DNA of 14,069 nucleotides, taken from the NCBI GenBank assembly GCA_965612865.1, contig CBFDTJ010000037.1:1-14069 (forward strand), read 5' to 3'. The translations under genes and the position numbers were made by a program. The notes beneath the pieces are model-generated. The model had not been told where the DNA came from and made no database searches. It saw only the letters and a program-made list of their open reading frames with translations. Below, piece after piece: positions 1 to 7,867 of the stretch. This DNA is from an uncultured bacterium (lineage in GTDB: Bacteria; Caldisericota; Caldisericia; B22-G15). Positions within the stretch are counted from its first letter, which is position 1, and each line of letters starts with the position of its first letter.

Positions 1-70
1 AATGATACGGCGACCACCGAGATCTACACCTAAGCCTTCGTCGGCAGCGTCAGATGTGTATAAGAGACAG
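1..70 (+). other. Illumina Nextera adapter (P5 + i5 index + Read1 transposase sequence/Tn5 mosaic end); sequencing artefact, not genomic
   Basis: 1-29 AATGATACGGCGACCACCGAGATCTACAC (P5); 30-37 CTAAGCCT (8-nt index, matches i5 508 as I recall it); 38-51 TCGTCGGCAGCGTC; 52-70 AGATGTGTATAAGAGACAG (mosaic end). Confidence 0.99.
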
Positions 71-1015
71 GGAGATACAATTCTTTCAATGGAGCTTTCA
101 CATGGAGGCCATCTATCTCACGGGAGCCCAGTTTCATTTTCTGGTAAACTTTACAACATTGTCTATTACGGAGTGAAAAAAGATACAGAAACCATTGATT
201 TTGATATGGTTAGAGACCTTGCTAGAAAACACAAACCAAAACTTATAGTAACCGGGTACTCTGCATATCCAAGAAAAATTGATTTTGAAAAATTCAGGGA
301 GATAGCCGATGAGGTGGGAGCATACCTTATGGCTGATATTGCACATATTGCAGGATTAGTTGCAACAGGTTTTCACCCCTCCCCGGTAGAAACAGCAGAT
401 TTTGTAACATCTACAACGCATAAAACTTTGAGAGGTCCGAGAGGAGCCTTTATTCTTACAAAGGAAAAATATAAAAAAATCATAGATAAGGCTGTTTTTC
501 CTGGAACTCAGGGTGGTCCTCTCATGCATGTGATAGCTTCAAAGGCAGTCTGTTTTAAGGAAGCCATGAGTGAAGAGTTTAAAGTGTATCAGGAACAGAT
601 AGTAAAGAATGCAAGAACATTAGCTGATACTTTAAAGGAAGAAGGTGCAAGGCTTGTTTCTGGAGGTACAGATAATCACTTAATGCTTGTAGATTTAAGA
701 CCCTTTAAGATAACAGGTAAAAAAGCAGAGAAGCTGCTGGGGAGTGTAAATATTACAGTAAATAAAAACACAATACCATTTGATCCCGAAAAGCCCTTTG
801 TGGCAAGTGGAATAAGACTTGGAACCCCCGCATTGACTACAAGAGGGATGAAAGAGGAGGAAATGAGAGTTGTTGGGAAACTTATTGCCAGGGTATTAAA
901 GAACCCGGAGAATGAAAGTATTCTAAATGAAGTAAAAAAAGAAGTTCTTTCTCTTTGTGAGAGATTTCCTTTATACGCTGAACTTAGAAGAGAAATGGAG
1001 GTGTATATGAAATGA
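71..1015 (+). CDS. glyA: Serine hydroxymethyltransferase, 5'-partial (roughly the first 100 residues are missing; the first 23 aa of the ORF-track protein are adapter-derived)
   Basis: Motifs [31 protein letters not shown] (PLP lysine), [32 protein letters not shown]; stop TGA at 1013-1015. Confidence 0.98.
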   Translation, partial: GDTILSMELSHGGHLSHGSPVSFSGKLYNIVYYGVKKDTETIDFDMVRDLARKHKPKLIVTGYSAYPRKIDFEKFREIADEVGAYLMADIAHIAGLVATGFHPSPVETADFVTSTTHKTLRGPRGAFILTKEKYKKIIDKAVFPGTQGGPLMHVIASKAVCFKEAMSEEFKVYQEQIVKNARTLADTLKEEGARLVSGGTDNHLMLVDLRPFKITGKKAEKLLGSVNITVNKNTIPFDPEKPFVASGIRLGTPALTTRGMKEEEMRVVGKLIARVLKNPENESILNEVKKEVLSLCERFPLYAELRREMEVYMK

Positions 1016-1443
1016 AGGTAAGAGATATTCACAGAACAATAACGATAAAGCCCCCTATTGTCTTTGAAGAGGATTCTATTGAAAGAGTGGTGGAGGTTTT
1101 ACTTAAAGATCCGCGTTCAAGAAGTGTTTATATTGTGAACAAAAAGGAGGAACTCATGGGGATAATACCAACATCCATTGTTCTTAAAACCACGCATATT
1201 TTGAAAGGTAAAAGAACTGTTGCAAAGGAAGATGCATATGATGCTTTAAAAATATCCAAGGCCAAGATGGCTAAAGATATTATGCTTCCACCAATATATG
1301 TTCTTGAGGATGAAGATATTGTTGATGCTCTTGAGGCCATGGTGGCAGAAAAGATTGAAGAGTTACCAGTGGTTGATGAAAATAAGAAGGTTATAGGCGA
1401 TTTGAACTGCATGGAAATTATAAAGAATCTATGGAGTAAATAA
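1012..1443 (+). CDS. Stand-alone CBS-pair (Bateman domain) protein
   Basis: Two CBS repeats: [35 protein letters not shown] and [46 protein letters not shown] at 997-1003; ATGA overlap with the glyA stop. Confidence 0.9.
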   Translation: MKVRDIHRTITIKPPIVFEEDSIERVVEVLLKDPRSRSVYIVNKKEELMGIIPTSIVLKTTHILKGKRTVAKEDAYDALKISKAKMAKDIMLPPIYVLEDEDIVDALEAMVAEKIEELPVVDENKKVIGDLNCMEIIKNLWSK

Positions 1444-2639
1444 TGGATGTATTTGTATACACATTTCTTCTTCTTGCATCAGCTCTCTTCTTTGGTCATT
1501 TGATGATGAGGTTAAAACAACCCCAAATAGTAGGTGAGATAATAGGTGGAATAATTGTGGGTCCTGTCCTTCTCTTTATACTTCCAAGAATATTTGTTCC
1601 CGAGGGTCACGCAATATTAAGATTCTTTTCCCACGAAGAGGCAAGTGACTTAATGAAGGCTGTGATAGATTTTAGCGGTGTCTTCCTTATGCTTGGTGCA
1701 GGACTTGAAACAGATCTTTCAGATTTACTAAAGGTTGGAAAAGAAGCTATATTCACCGCAATTTTTGGAGTAATTATACCTTTCTCTTTAGGATACTTTG
1801 TTTCTATTAAAATGCTGAATCTTTCTACCACAGCTTCACTCTATATTGCTGCATCAGTTTCAATTACTGCAGTTGCTTTATCTGTCGCGACACTTATTCA
1901 GATTGGCAAATTAAATACAAAAGTTGGAATGACAATAATAGGAGCTGCTGTAGTTGACGATATAATAGGCATAATTATACTTTCTGTTCTAACCAGTATA
2001 GGAAAGACAGGAGAGATACCACACGTAAGTTTTCTAATAAAACTGCTTTTTATAGCTATCCTTTTTGTTTCTCTCTCCATTATCCTTGGACCACTTCTTG
2101 GGAGATTTGTGTTCTCCAGAGTGGAGAAACTCTCTCTTAATGAAAGACTCTCTATAGTGCTGTTATGGGTGTTTATCTTTTCCATGCTTGCACACATGGC
2201 TGGACTTCATCTTATAATAGGTGCTTTCTTTGGTGGTCTCACAGTAAGGAATTTCCTGAGGAAAGGAGAGATTGAATCTATTGAAAAATGGATATGGGGC
2301 TTTTTTGCTCCCCTGTTCTTCTCATGGACAGGTTTTTCCATAGTGCTTTCAGGAGAGGCAGTAGGTCTCTCTCTTCTTGCAATAGTTGTGGTTGCCTTTG
2401 TGGGCAAAATTTTTGGAGGAGGCTTTGGAGCTTTTCTTTCAGGAATGCCATTTAAGAAATCTCTTGTGGTTGGAATAGGTATGAATGCAAGAGCGGCAGT
2501 AGAGTTAGTTGTTGCCAATATCGCTCTTAATCAGGGAATAGTAAACAGACCCATATATACCTCCATTGTATTTATGGCGATGATAACATCCATTACAACG
2601 CCTATGCTTTTAAAGACCTTTGCTGAAAAGTATGTATAA
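1443..2639 (+). CDS. Cation:proton antiporter, CPA2/NapA-like, membrane domain only
   Basis: Many hydrophobic helices; QPQIVGEIIGGIIVGP, LMLGAGLETD, IIGAAVVDDIIG (DD ion-binding motif), IIGAFFGGL, FFAPLFF, VGKIFGG, GIGMNAR; TAATG overlap with the CBS gene. Confidence 0.92.
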   Translation: MDVFVYTFLLLASALFFGHLMMRLKQPQIVGEIIGGIIVGPVLLFILPRIFVPEGHAILRFFSHEEASDLMKAVIDFSGVFLMLGAGLETDLSDLLKVGKEAIFTAIFGVIIPFSLGYFVSIKMLNLSTTASLYIAASVSITAVALSVATLIQIGKLNTKVGMTIIGAAVVDDIIGIIILSVLTSIGKTGEIPHVSFLIKLLFIAILFVSLSIILGPLLGRFVFSRVEKLSLNERLSIVLLWVFIFSMLAHMAGLHLIIGAFFGGLTVRNFLRKGEIESIEKWIWGFFAPLFFSWTGFSIVLSGEAVGLSLLAIVVVAFVGKIFGGGFGAFLSGMPFKKSLVVGIGMNARAAVELVVANIALNQGIVNRPIYTSIVFMAMITSITTPMLLKTFAEKYV

Positions 2640-2674
2640 AAGTGATAAAATTCTTAAAAAAGGAGGAGATAATA

Positions 2675-3049
2675 ATGATTGATGAAGTTGGAACAATCAA
2701 GCAAAAGCTAAGTGAACTTATGGAGAAAGATAAAACTGTTGAATCTCTCGTAGTTGTAAGTAAAGATGGGCTCCCCATTTCATCTACTCTTCCGCTTGAG
2801 GAAGAAGAAAAAACAGCAGCAGTTTCTGCATCTCTTATAATGCTTGGAGAGAAAGCAATAGAGGATTTTAAGAGGGGAACACTTGAAGAAATTATCACAA
2901 GAGGCACTGAGGGTTACATAATTATAGTAAGCCTTAATCAGTCCTCTGCCCTTCTTGCCGTATTAAACAAAGAGGCTAAACTTGGTCTTATAAGACTTGA
3001 GTTGAAAGCTCTTTCAAAATCTATAATGGATATCCTCGGGGGTTTTTAA
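2675..3049 (+). CDS. Roadblock/LC7 (MglB-like) domain protein; start moved from GTG 2642 to ATG 2675
   Basis: VVVSKDGLPISS, AAVSASL..LGE, GTLEEII.RG.EGYII, AKLGLIRLEL pattern; SD AGGAGG at 2661-2666 lies 8 nt before ATG 2675. Confidence 0.88.
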   Translation: MIDEVGTIKQKLSELMEKDKTVESLVVVSKDGLPISSTLPLEEEEKTAAVSASLIMLGEKAIEDFKRGTLEEIITRGTEGYIIIVSLNQSSALLAVLNKEAKLGLIRLELKALSKSIMDILGGF

Positions 3050-4030
3050 CTACATAGTAAAATGCGGTAGAGGAAGGTCTCTTGTTGAGTGAAGTCCGGG
3101 AGGTAGTTTCATAAGCCCCGGAATGTAGTTTATTATTACAGTGGATGTTCCTATATCTCCGTGAACACCTCCATCAATTTTAAGATCGATATCTGGAATT
3201 CCTTTTATTCTTATTCTGTCAAAGGATTCTTTTTCTCCAACAGCCATTCTTAAGATAAGTTTTATCTCTCTTCCATCTTCAGAAATCCCTTTTGCAACTT
3301 GATGTTGTCCTCTTACAGATCCCTTCTTTATTTTAAGGTACTCTGTTTCAAAATCCTCTTCAGCAATTACAGGCTCAAGACTGTTTTCTATATCCTTAAT
3401 TTTCCAGCCTAGAGAGTCAAAAATATAGGTTAGTGATTCAGGTAGCCCTATATGTCCAAGCTTTCCATCCTTCTTTAATGTATCAAATTCTTCTTTTGAC
3501 AAAGATGCTCCTACTTTTAATTGAAGCTGTTTTCTTCTTTTTGAAGCGTCAAGATACCTTTCTGCAGTAATTTTTTCTATATCTCTTGAAACGGTGGTTA
3601 TAAAAGAGACAAGGGTATCAAGTACAAAACCAGGATTTATACCAGCGCCAAGAATACTAACTCCGTTCTCTTTTGCTATTTTGTCCAGCATTTCCGCTTC
3701 TTTTTTGTGAAAATGAAAAGGATAGAAGAGCTCCTCGCATGTGGATATAACACTAAAACCAGCCTCCATTATTTCTTTAAATTGTGGGAGGGTTGTTTTT
3801 AAGAAAGAGGAGGTGGAGTGAACAACCACATCAGCTTCTTCAATCTTTTTTATACTATCCACCACATTTACCCCTAACTTCTCTTCACCAATTAATTCAC
3901 CGAGATCTTTTCCTATAATGTCTGGATTTACATCCACTCCACCAGCAATTTTAAAACTCCTTTTTAAAAGAGCTGTTTTAAGTATCTCTCTTCCAATAGT
4001 TCCAAGACCGAAAAATACAAGTTTATACAT
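3050..4030 (-). CDS. NAD(P)-dependent oxidoreductase of the 2,4-diaminopentanoate dehydrogenase (Ord) / native amine dehydrogenase family, with a DapB-like N-terminal domain
   Basis: Rossmann GLGTIG; IIGKDLGEL; VISTCEELFYP; LGAGINPGFVLD; GHIGLPES; GGVHGDIGT; PPGL..DLP near the C-terminus. Confidence 0.8.
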   Translation of the reverse strand: MYKLVFFGLGTIGREILKTALLKRSFKIAGGVDVNPDIIGKDLGELIGEEKLGVNVVDSIKKIEEADVVVHSTSSFLKTTLPQFKEIMEAGFSVISTCEELFYPFHFHKKEAEMLDKIAKENGVSILGAGINPGFVLDTLVSFITTVSRDIEKITAERYLDASKRRKQLQLKVGASLSKEEFDTLKKDGKLGHIGLPESLTYIFDSLGWKIKDIENSLEPVIAEEDFETEYLKIKKGSVRGQHQVAKGISEDGREIKLILRMAVGEKESFDRIRIKGIPDIDLKIDGGVHGDIGTSTVIINYIPGLMKLPPGLHSTRDLPLPHFTM

Positions 4031-6266
4031 TATCTTTCTCCTTTTTTCTTAAACTCTGAAGATAGTATATAGCTATGGCAATTAAAACACCTATTATGTC
4101 GGTTTTGAATCCAGGAATTATCAGTAAAACTGCTGATATAAATAGTACTATTCTTTCATAGTATTTTAGCTGAGTTGATAGAAAACCTATGGTTGAGGCA
4201 GCAAGTACAATCACTCCTATGAATGCTGTGACTATTGCAAGTATGGCAGGTAGTAACTGGAAGTTTACGCCAAGAAGTATTGGATTGTAGGCAAACACAA
4301 AAGGCACTAAGTATCCTGCCAGAGCAATTTTAAAAGAAGTAAAGCCGGTTTTAAACGGATCTGAACCTGCTATTCCACTTCCTGCATAGGATGCAAGTGC
4401 CACAGGAGGTGTAATATCTGCAAGAATTCCATAATAGAAAACAAACATATGTGCTATAAGCATTGCCATTCTTGGCTCATAATGTGTAAGGAATGGTGCA
4501 AGAGCTGGCGCCGTTATAATAGCCATAAGTATATAAGTTCCAGTGGTTGGGATACCCATGCCAAGAATTATGCATGAAATCATAGTAAATAGAAGTGTAA
4601 GTGCCATAGCATTTGGAAGCATTAAGAAGGAGGCAACTGCACCAATAACCCTGTTTATAGCATTTGTTACACTTGTAGCAAGGGATACAACGGCGTTTGC
4701 AAATTTAAGAGCAAGTCCAGTCAGTGTTGACATCCCTGCTATATAACCTGCAGTGGCACATGCTGCAACTACTGGTAGGGCATTGTATGCACCGTTTTCA
4801 AAACCATCCACCACTATGAATGCTGTATCCTTAAGAACTATACCAATTTTTTTAAGTCCATCATTTACAGGATTTGTTACTTCTGGTGGTGACTTCCATA
4901 TGTAAAAAATAAGCCCGAGAATTGATGATAGAGTTCCTGAAAGGAGTGTAGCAATTAATATATGAAGATTTATAGATGGATGGAATATTAGAAGGAAGAA
5001 GAAAGCTATGGGAATGTATATTGATATGTATAAGAATAAATCTTTAATTCTCTCCGCATACCTTTTTGTAAGTAATTTTGCTATATCTCCAAGGAAACTT
5101 ACAAGGATTGTTGCAACAACTGTGGAGAAAGCTGCATCCTGGACACTGAATCCCATGATAAGTTTATAAAGGAGAATTATAAGTGGCGTTAAAAGGTATC
5201 CCTTTTCCTGCAATAGTTCCTTAAGATTTGGGACCTCCTCTTTCCTTAGTCCCCTTAAACCCAAACTCCTTGCCTCAAAATGGACTGAGAAGAAAACTCC
5301 AGAGTAGTAAAGTAAAGATGGGATTATTGCTGCTGCTACAATCCTCAAATAAGGAACACCTATAAACTCTGACATTATGAATGCTGCTGCTCCCATAATA
5401 GGTGGCATGAGTTGTCCACCAGTAGAAGCAGCTGCTTCTACTGCTCCAGCAAAGTATGGTCTGTATCCAGTTTTTTTCATTAATGGAATTGTAAAAGAAC
5501 CTGTTGTGACAACATTTGCTACAGAACTTCCGCTTACTGTTCCCATAAGACCGCTGGATATAACTGCAACTTTGGCAGGGCCTCCAACTGCTCTTCCAGT
5601 TATTGCCCTTGCAATGTCTATAAATAATCCACCAAGCCCTGTTTTTTCTGATAATGCACCAAATAAAAGAAAGGCATAGACAAATTTTGTAGATACAGAT
5701 ATAGGTACTCCAAATATTCCGTCAAGGGTATAGAATAGATGGTCAACAACGCGGGTAAATGGATACCCTCTGTGGGCAAAGAATCCTGGGATATATCTAC
5801 CAAAGAGTGCATAGAGAATAAAAAGTGTGGCAATGAGAGGCAGAGGAATTCCTGTTATTCTTCGTGCTCCCTCAAGAACAAGGATAACAGCAAGACTTGC
5901 GACAATAAGATCAAGGGTTGTTGGTAAGCCAGCCCTTAGAACAAGTTGTTTATAAAAAATTACAGGATATAAAAACACAAGAACAATAAGAATTGAGAGT
6001 ATTATGTCATAGAAGGGAATAGTATCCTTTCTTGCCTTTCTGAAAGGTGGAACAATGAGAAATATTAAAAGCATTGCAAAACCTACATGTATCGGCCTCT
6101 GAATCTGTGGTGGAAAAAGACCAAATCCTATTGTGTAGAATTGAAAAGCAGAGAAGGCTATGGCTATTAATTTGACGATAAGATAGACTATTCCTTTTAA
6201 TTTTCTTCTTCTAGCACTTACCTCATATTTTTCAAGAAGCTCTTCAGTTTTTTCCTCATCCACCAT
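4023..6266 (-). CDS. TRAP transporter fused permease (DctQM-type 4TM/12TM fusion, TAXI type)
   Basis: GGPAKVAVISSGLMGTVSGSSVANVVTTGSFTIPLMKKTGY, AVEAAASTGGQLMPPIMGAAAFIM, ILGMGIPTT, ADITPPVALASYAG; SD GGAGGT before the ATG. Confidence 0.95.
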   Translation of the reverse strand: MVDEEKTEELLEKYEVSARRRKLKGIVYLIVKLIAIAFSAFQFYTIGFGLFPPQIQRPIHVGFAMLLIFLIVPPFRKARKDTIPFYDIILSILIVLVFLYPVIFYKQLVLRAGLPTTLDLIVASLAVILVLEGARRITGIPLPLIATLFILYALFGRYIPGFFAHRGYPFTRVVDHLFYTLDGIFGVPISVSTKFVYAFLLFGALSEKTGLGGLFIDIARAITGRAVGGPAKVAVISSGLMGTVSGSSVANVVTTGSFTIPLMKKTGYRPYFAGAVEAAASTGGQLMPPIMGAAAFIMSEFIGVPYLRIVAAAIIPSLLYYSGVFFSVHFEARSLGLRGLRKEEVPNLKELLQEKGYLLTPLIILLYKLIMGFSVQDAAFSTVVATILVSFLGDIAKLLTKRYAERIKDLFLYISIYIPIAFFFLLIFHPSINLHILIATLLSGTLSSILGLIFYIWKSPPEVTNPVNDGLKKIGIVLKDTAFIVVDGFENGAYNALPVVAACATAGYIAGMSTLTGLALKFANAVVSLATSVTNAINRVIGAVASFLMLPNAMALTLLFTMISCIILGMGIPTTGTYILMAIITAPALAPFLTHYEPRMAMLIAHMFVFYYGILADITPPVALASYAGSGIAGSDPFKTGFTSFKIALAGYLVPFVFAYNPILLGVNFQLLPAILAIVTAFIGVIVLAASTIGFLSTQLKYYERIVLFISAVLLIIPGFKTDIIGVLIAIAIYYLQSLRKKEKDNV

Positions 6267-6268
6267 AA

Positions 6269-6730
6269 TTACCTCCTGAGGGTTATAATAACTCTTCTTG
6301 TACCAAACATCCTGGAAAGGTTATACTCCCTTCCCTTTATATGTAGTTTGAAATCCCACTCCTTTACAACACCATAATTTATCTCTTTAAAAACTCTGTT
6401 CATGTTAACTAATTTAAATTTGTCTTTTTCTATAATGAGTTTCTCGTCACCCTCTGTTTCAGTGGGAAGTCCAGCACTGGAATACGAAAAATCTGTTTCG
6501 TAGAGTATTATACTGTCATCTTCAATTCTGTAATACTCATAAACTGGAGAGAGAGAAACTGAGTGGATAAAACTTATTTCAAAGGTATCTTTATTCTTAA
6601 CACTGAAAGATAGAAGTGTTTTACCTGTTTCTCCATCTATTATCAATAGATTTTTATGAAATTTATAAAATGAAAAATAAATACCTACAATTAATAAAAC
6701 CACTATTAAAAGAGTTGATTTTAATTTCAT
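6269..6730 (-). CDS. DUF1850-like protein with an N-terminal membrane anchor, accessory to TAXI-TRAP
   Basis: FEISFIHSVSLSPVYEYY and SAGLP motifs; position between the TAXI receptor and the fused permease is typical of this family. Confidence 0.8.
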   Translation of the reverse strand: MKLKSTLLIVVLLIVGIYFSFYKFHKNLLIIDGETGKTLLSFSVKNKDTFEISFIHSVSLSPVYEYYRIEDDSIILYETDFSYSSAGLPTETEGDEKLIIEKDKFKLVNMNRVFKEINYGVVKEWDFKLHIKGREYNLSRMFGTRRVIITLRR

Positions 6731-6732
6731 TT

Positions 6733-6760
6733 AAAAAGAAGGGGTGAAATTCACCCCTTC
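6733..6760 (-). terminator. Intra-operon stem-loop with U-tract (partial intrinsic terminator or mRNA stabiliser) after the TAXI receptor gene
   Basis: Minus strand GAAGGGGTGA-ATT-TCACCCCTTC-TTTTT: perfect 10-bp stem (6738-6747 / 6751-6760), 12 nt after the receptor stop codon. Confidence 0.8.
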
Positions 6761-6772
6761 AGGTTAAGCATA

Positions 6773-7795
6773 TTAGTGTATTAACCCCTTCTCCTTGTAA
6801 TACTTTTCTGCTCCTGGATGAAGAGGAATAGCAACACCATCAATAGCTGTTTCAAGTGTTATGTCTTTACCCTTTGCATGAACTTTCTCTACAAAGTCTC
6901 TATGTTCCCATAACGCCTTTGTTACATTATAAATAAGATCCTCGTCTAAATCAGCGTCACATACCCATTGTGCAAGACATGTGACTGTTGTAACATCCTC
7001 ATCCTGTCCTTTGTATGTCCCTGCAGGAATTGTTGCAGGTGCATAGTAAGGAACTTCCTCTACAAGCTTTTGAACCATTTCTGGAGTTATGTTTACAAGA
7101 ATAATGTCTTTTGTAGTAGCAAGGGCAACAATACTTGATGTTGGATATCCTGCTGTTACAAATGCAGCATCAATCCTTTCATCTTTAAGTGCATCAGTGG
7201 CTTCCGAGAATGACATATACTGTGCATCAATGTCATCATATGTTATTCCATGAAGGTTAAGTATTGTTCTTGCATCAACTTCTGTTCCACTTCCAACATC
7301 GCCTACGGCTACCTTCTTACCTCTTAAATCTTCAACTGTTTTTATTCCAGATTTCTTTAAAGCAACTATTTGAATTGTTTCTGGATAAAGAGAAGCAATA
7401 ACTCTCAAATTCTTGATCGGCTCTTTATCCTTAAATATCTCTGTTCCTGTATAAGCCCAATAAACAACATTATTCTGGGCAAATGCAGATTCAATCTCAT
7501 GTTTTCCAATTAAGTTACAGTTTGCCACAGATGCTCCACTTGTCTGTGCTGTAGCCACAACATCTACGTTGTCATAGTCTGCAAAGTTTGAGACAATTTG
7601 TGCAATTGCTCCTCCTACCGGGAAGTATGTTCCCCCAGTTCCTCCCGTTGCAATTCCAAAGAATACTTTCTTTACTCCTTCTTCCTGTGGTTTCTCTTCT
7701 TCAGGTGCACAGGCAGAGAAGAAAGACAGAGAAACCAAACTTACGGCCAACATCAAAATTAACATTATCCCAATAAGTCTCCTGGAACTTACCAT
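6773..7795 (-). CDS. TAXI-family TRAP solute-binding lipoprotein; ATG 7795 preferred over GTG 7798
   Basis: Signal peptide with lipobox-like FSA-C; IATGGTGGTYFPVG, TSGASVAN, ASLYPETIQIV, GSGTE, IPLHPGAEKYYKE; SD AAGGAGGTG upstream. Confidence 0.95.
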   Translation of the reverse strand: MVSSRRLIGIMLILMLAVSLVSLSFFSACAPEEEKPQEEGVKKVFFGIATGGTGGTYFPVGGAIAQIVSNFADYDNVDVVATAQTSGASVANCNLIGKHEIESAFAQNNVVYWAYTGTEIFKDKEPIKNLRVIASLYPETIQIVALKKSGIKTVEDLRGKKVAVGDVGSGTEVDARTILNLHGITYDDIDAQYMSFSEATDALKDERIDAAFVTAGYPTSSIVALATTKDIILVNITPEMVQKLVEEVPYYAPATIPAGTYKGQDEDVTTVTCLAQWVCDADLDEDLIYNVTKALWEHRDFVEKVHAKGKDITLETAIDGVAIPLHPGAEKYYKEKGLIH

Positions 7796-7825
7796 CACTC
7801 ACCTCCTTGGATTTATCTTTACAAA

Positions 7826-7854
7826 ATTATATATTTTTTACCTAAAGCTGTCAA
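7826..7854 (-). promoter_or_regulatory. Sigma70/sigmaA promoter of the TAXI-TRAP operon
   Basis: Minus strand TTGACA (7854-7849), 17-nt spacer, TATAAT (7831-7826); perfect consensus. Confidence 0.85.
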
Positions 7855-7867
7855 ATACTAACTATAG

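Noticed and set aside
52..70. Tn5 mosaic end as evidence of a transposon
   Set aside because: It is embedded in the full P5-index-Read1 adapter; there is no transposase or second end
2..70. Novel N-terminal extension or start codon of GlyA
   Set aside because: It is the translation of adapter sequence; glyA is cut by the contig end and is not a pseudogene
2642..2674. GTG start for the Roadblock gene
   Set aside because: The extension contains the SD (AGGAGG) of ATG 2675
134..2907. Minus-strand ORFs 134-346, 676-1032, 1128-1412, 1607-1831, 1898-2197, 2207-2518, 2602-2907
   Set aside because: Antisense shadows of well-supported + strand genes, with no recognisable motifs
3032..3047. Possible terminator ATCC-TCGG-GGGT-TTTT at the end of the Roadblock gene
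   Set aside because: Only a 4-bp stem with a wobble pair, and it lies inside the coding sequence
3050..4030. Annotation as dapB (lysine biosynthesis) or as bona fide ord
   Set aside because: It lacks the DapB E.HH..K.DAPSGTA motif, and no ornithine-pathway neighbours are present to justify the ord symbol
4543..7776. Short ORFs 4543-4746, 5377-5679, 5618-5833, 5739-5927, 7588-7776
   Set aside because: They lie wholly within TRAP genes in antisense or alternative frames, with no coding signals
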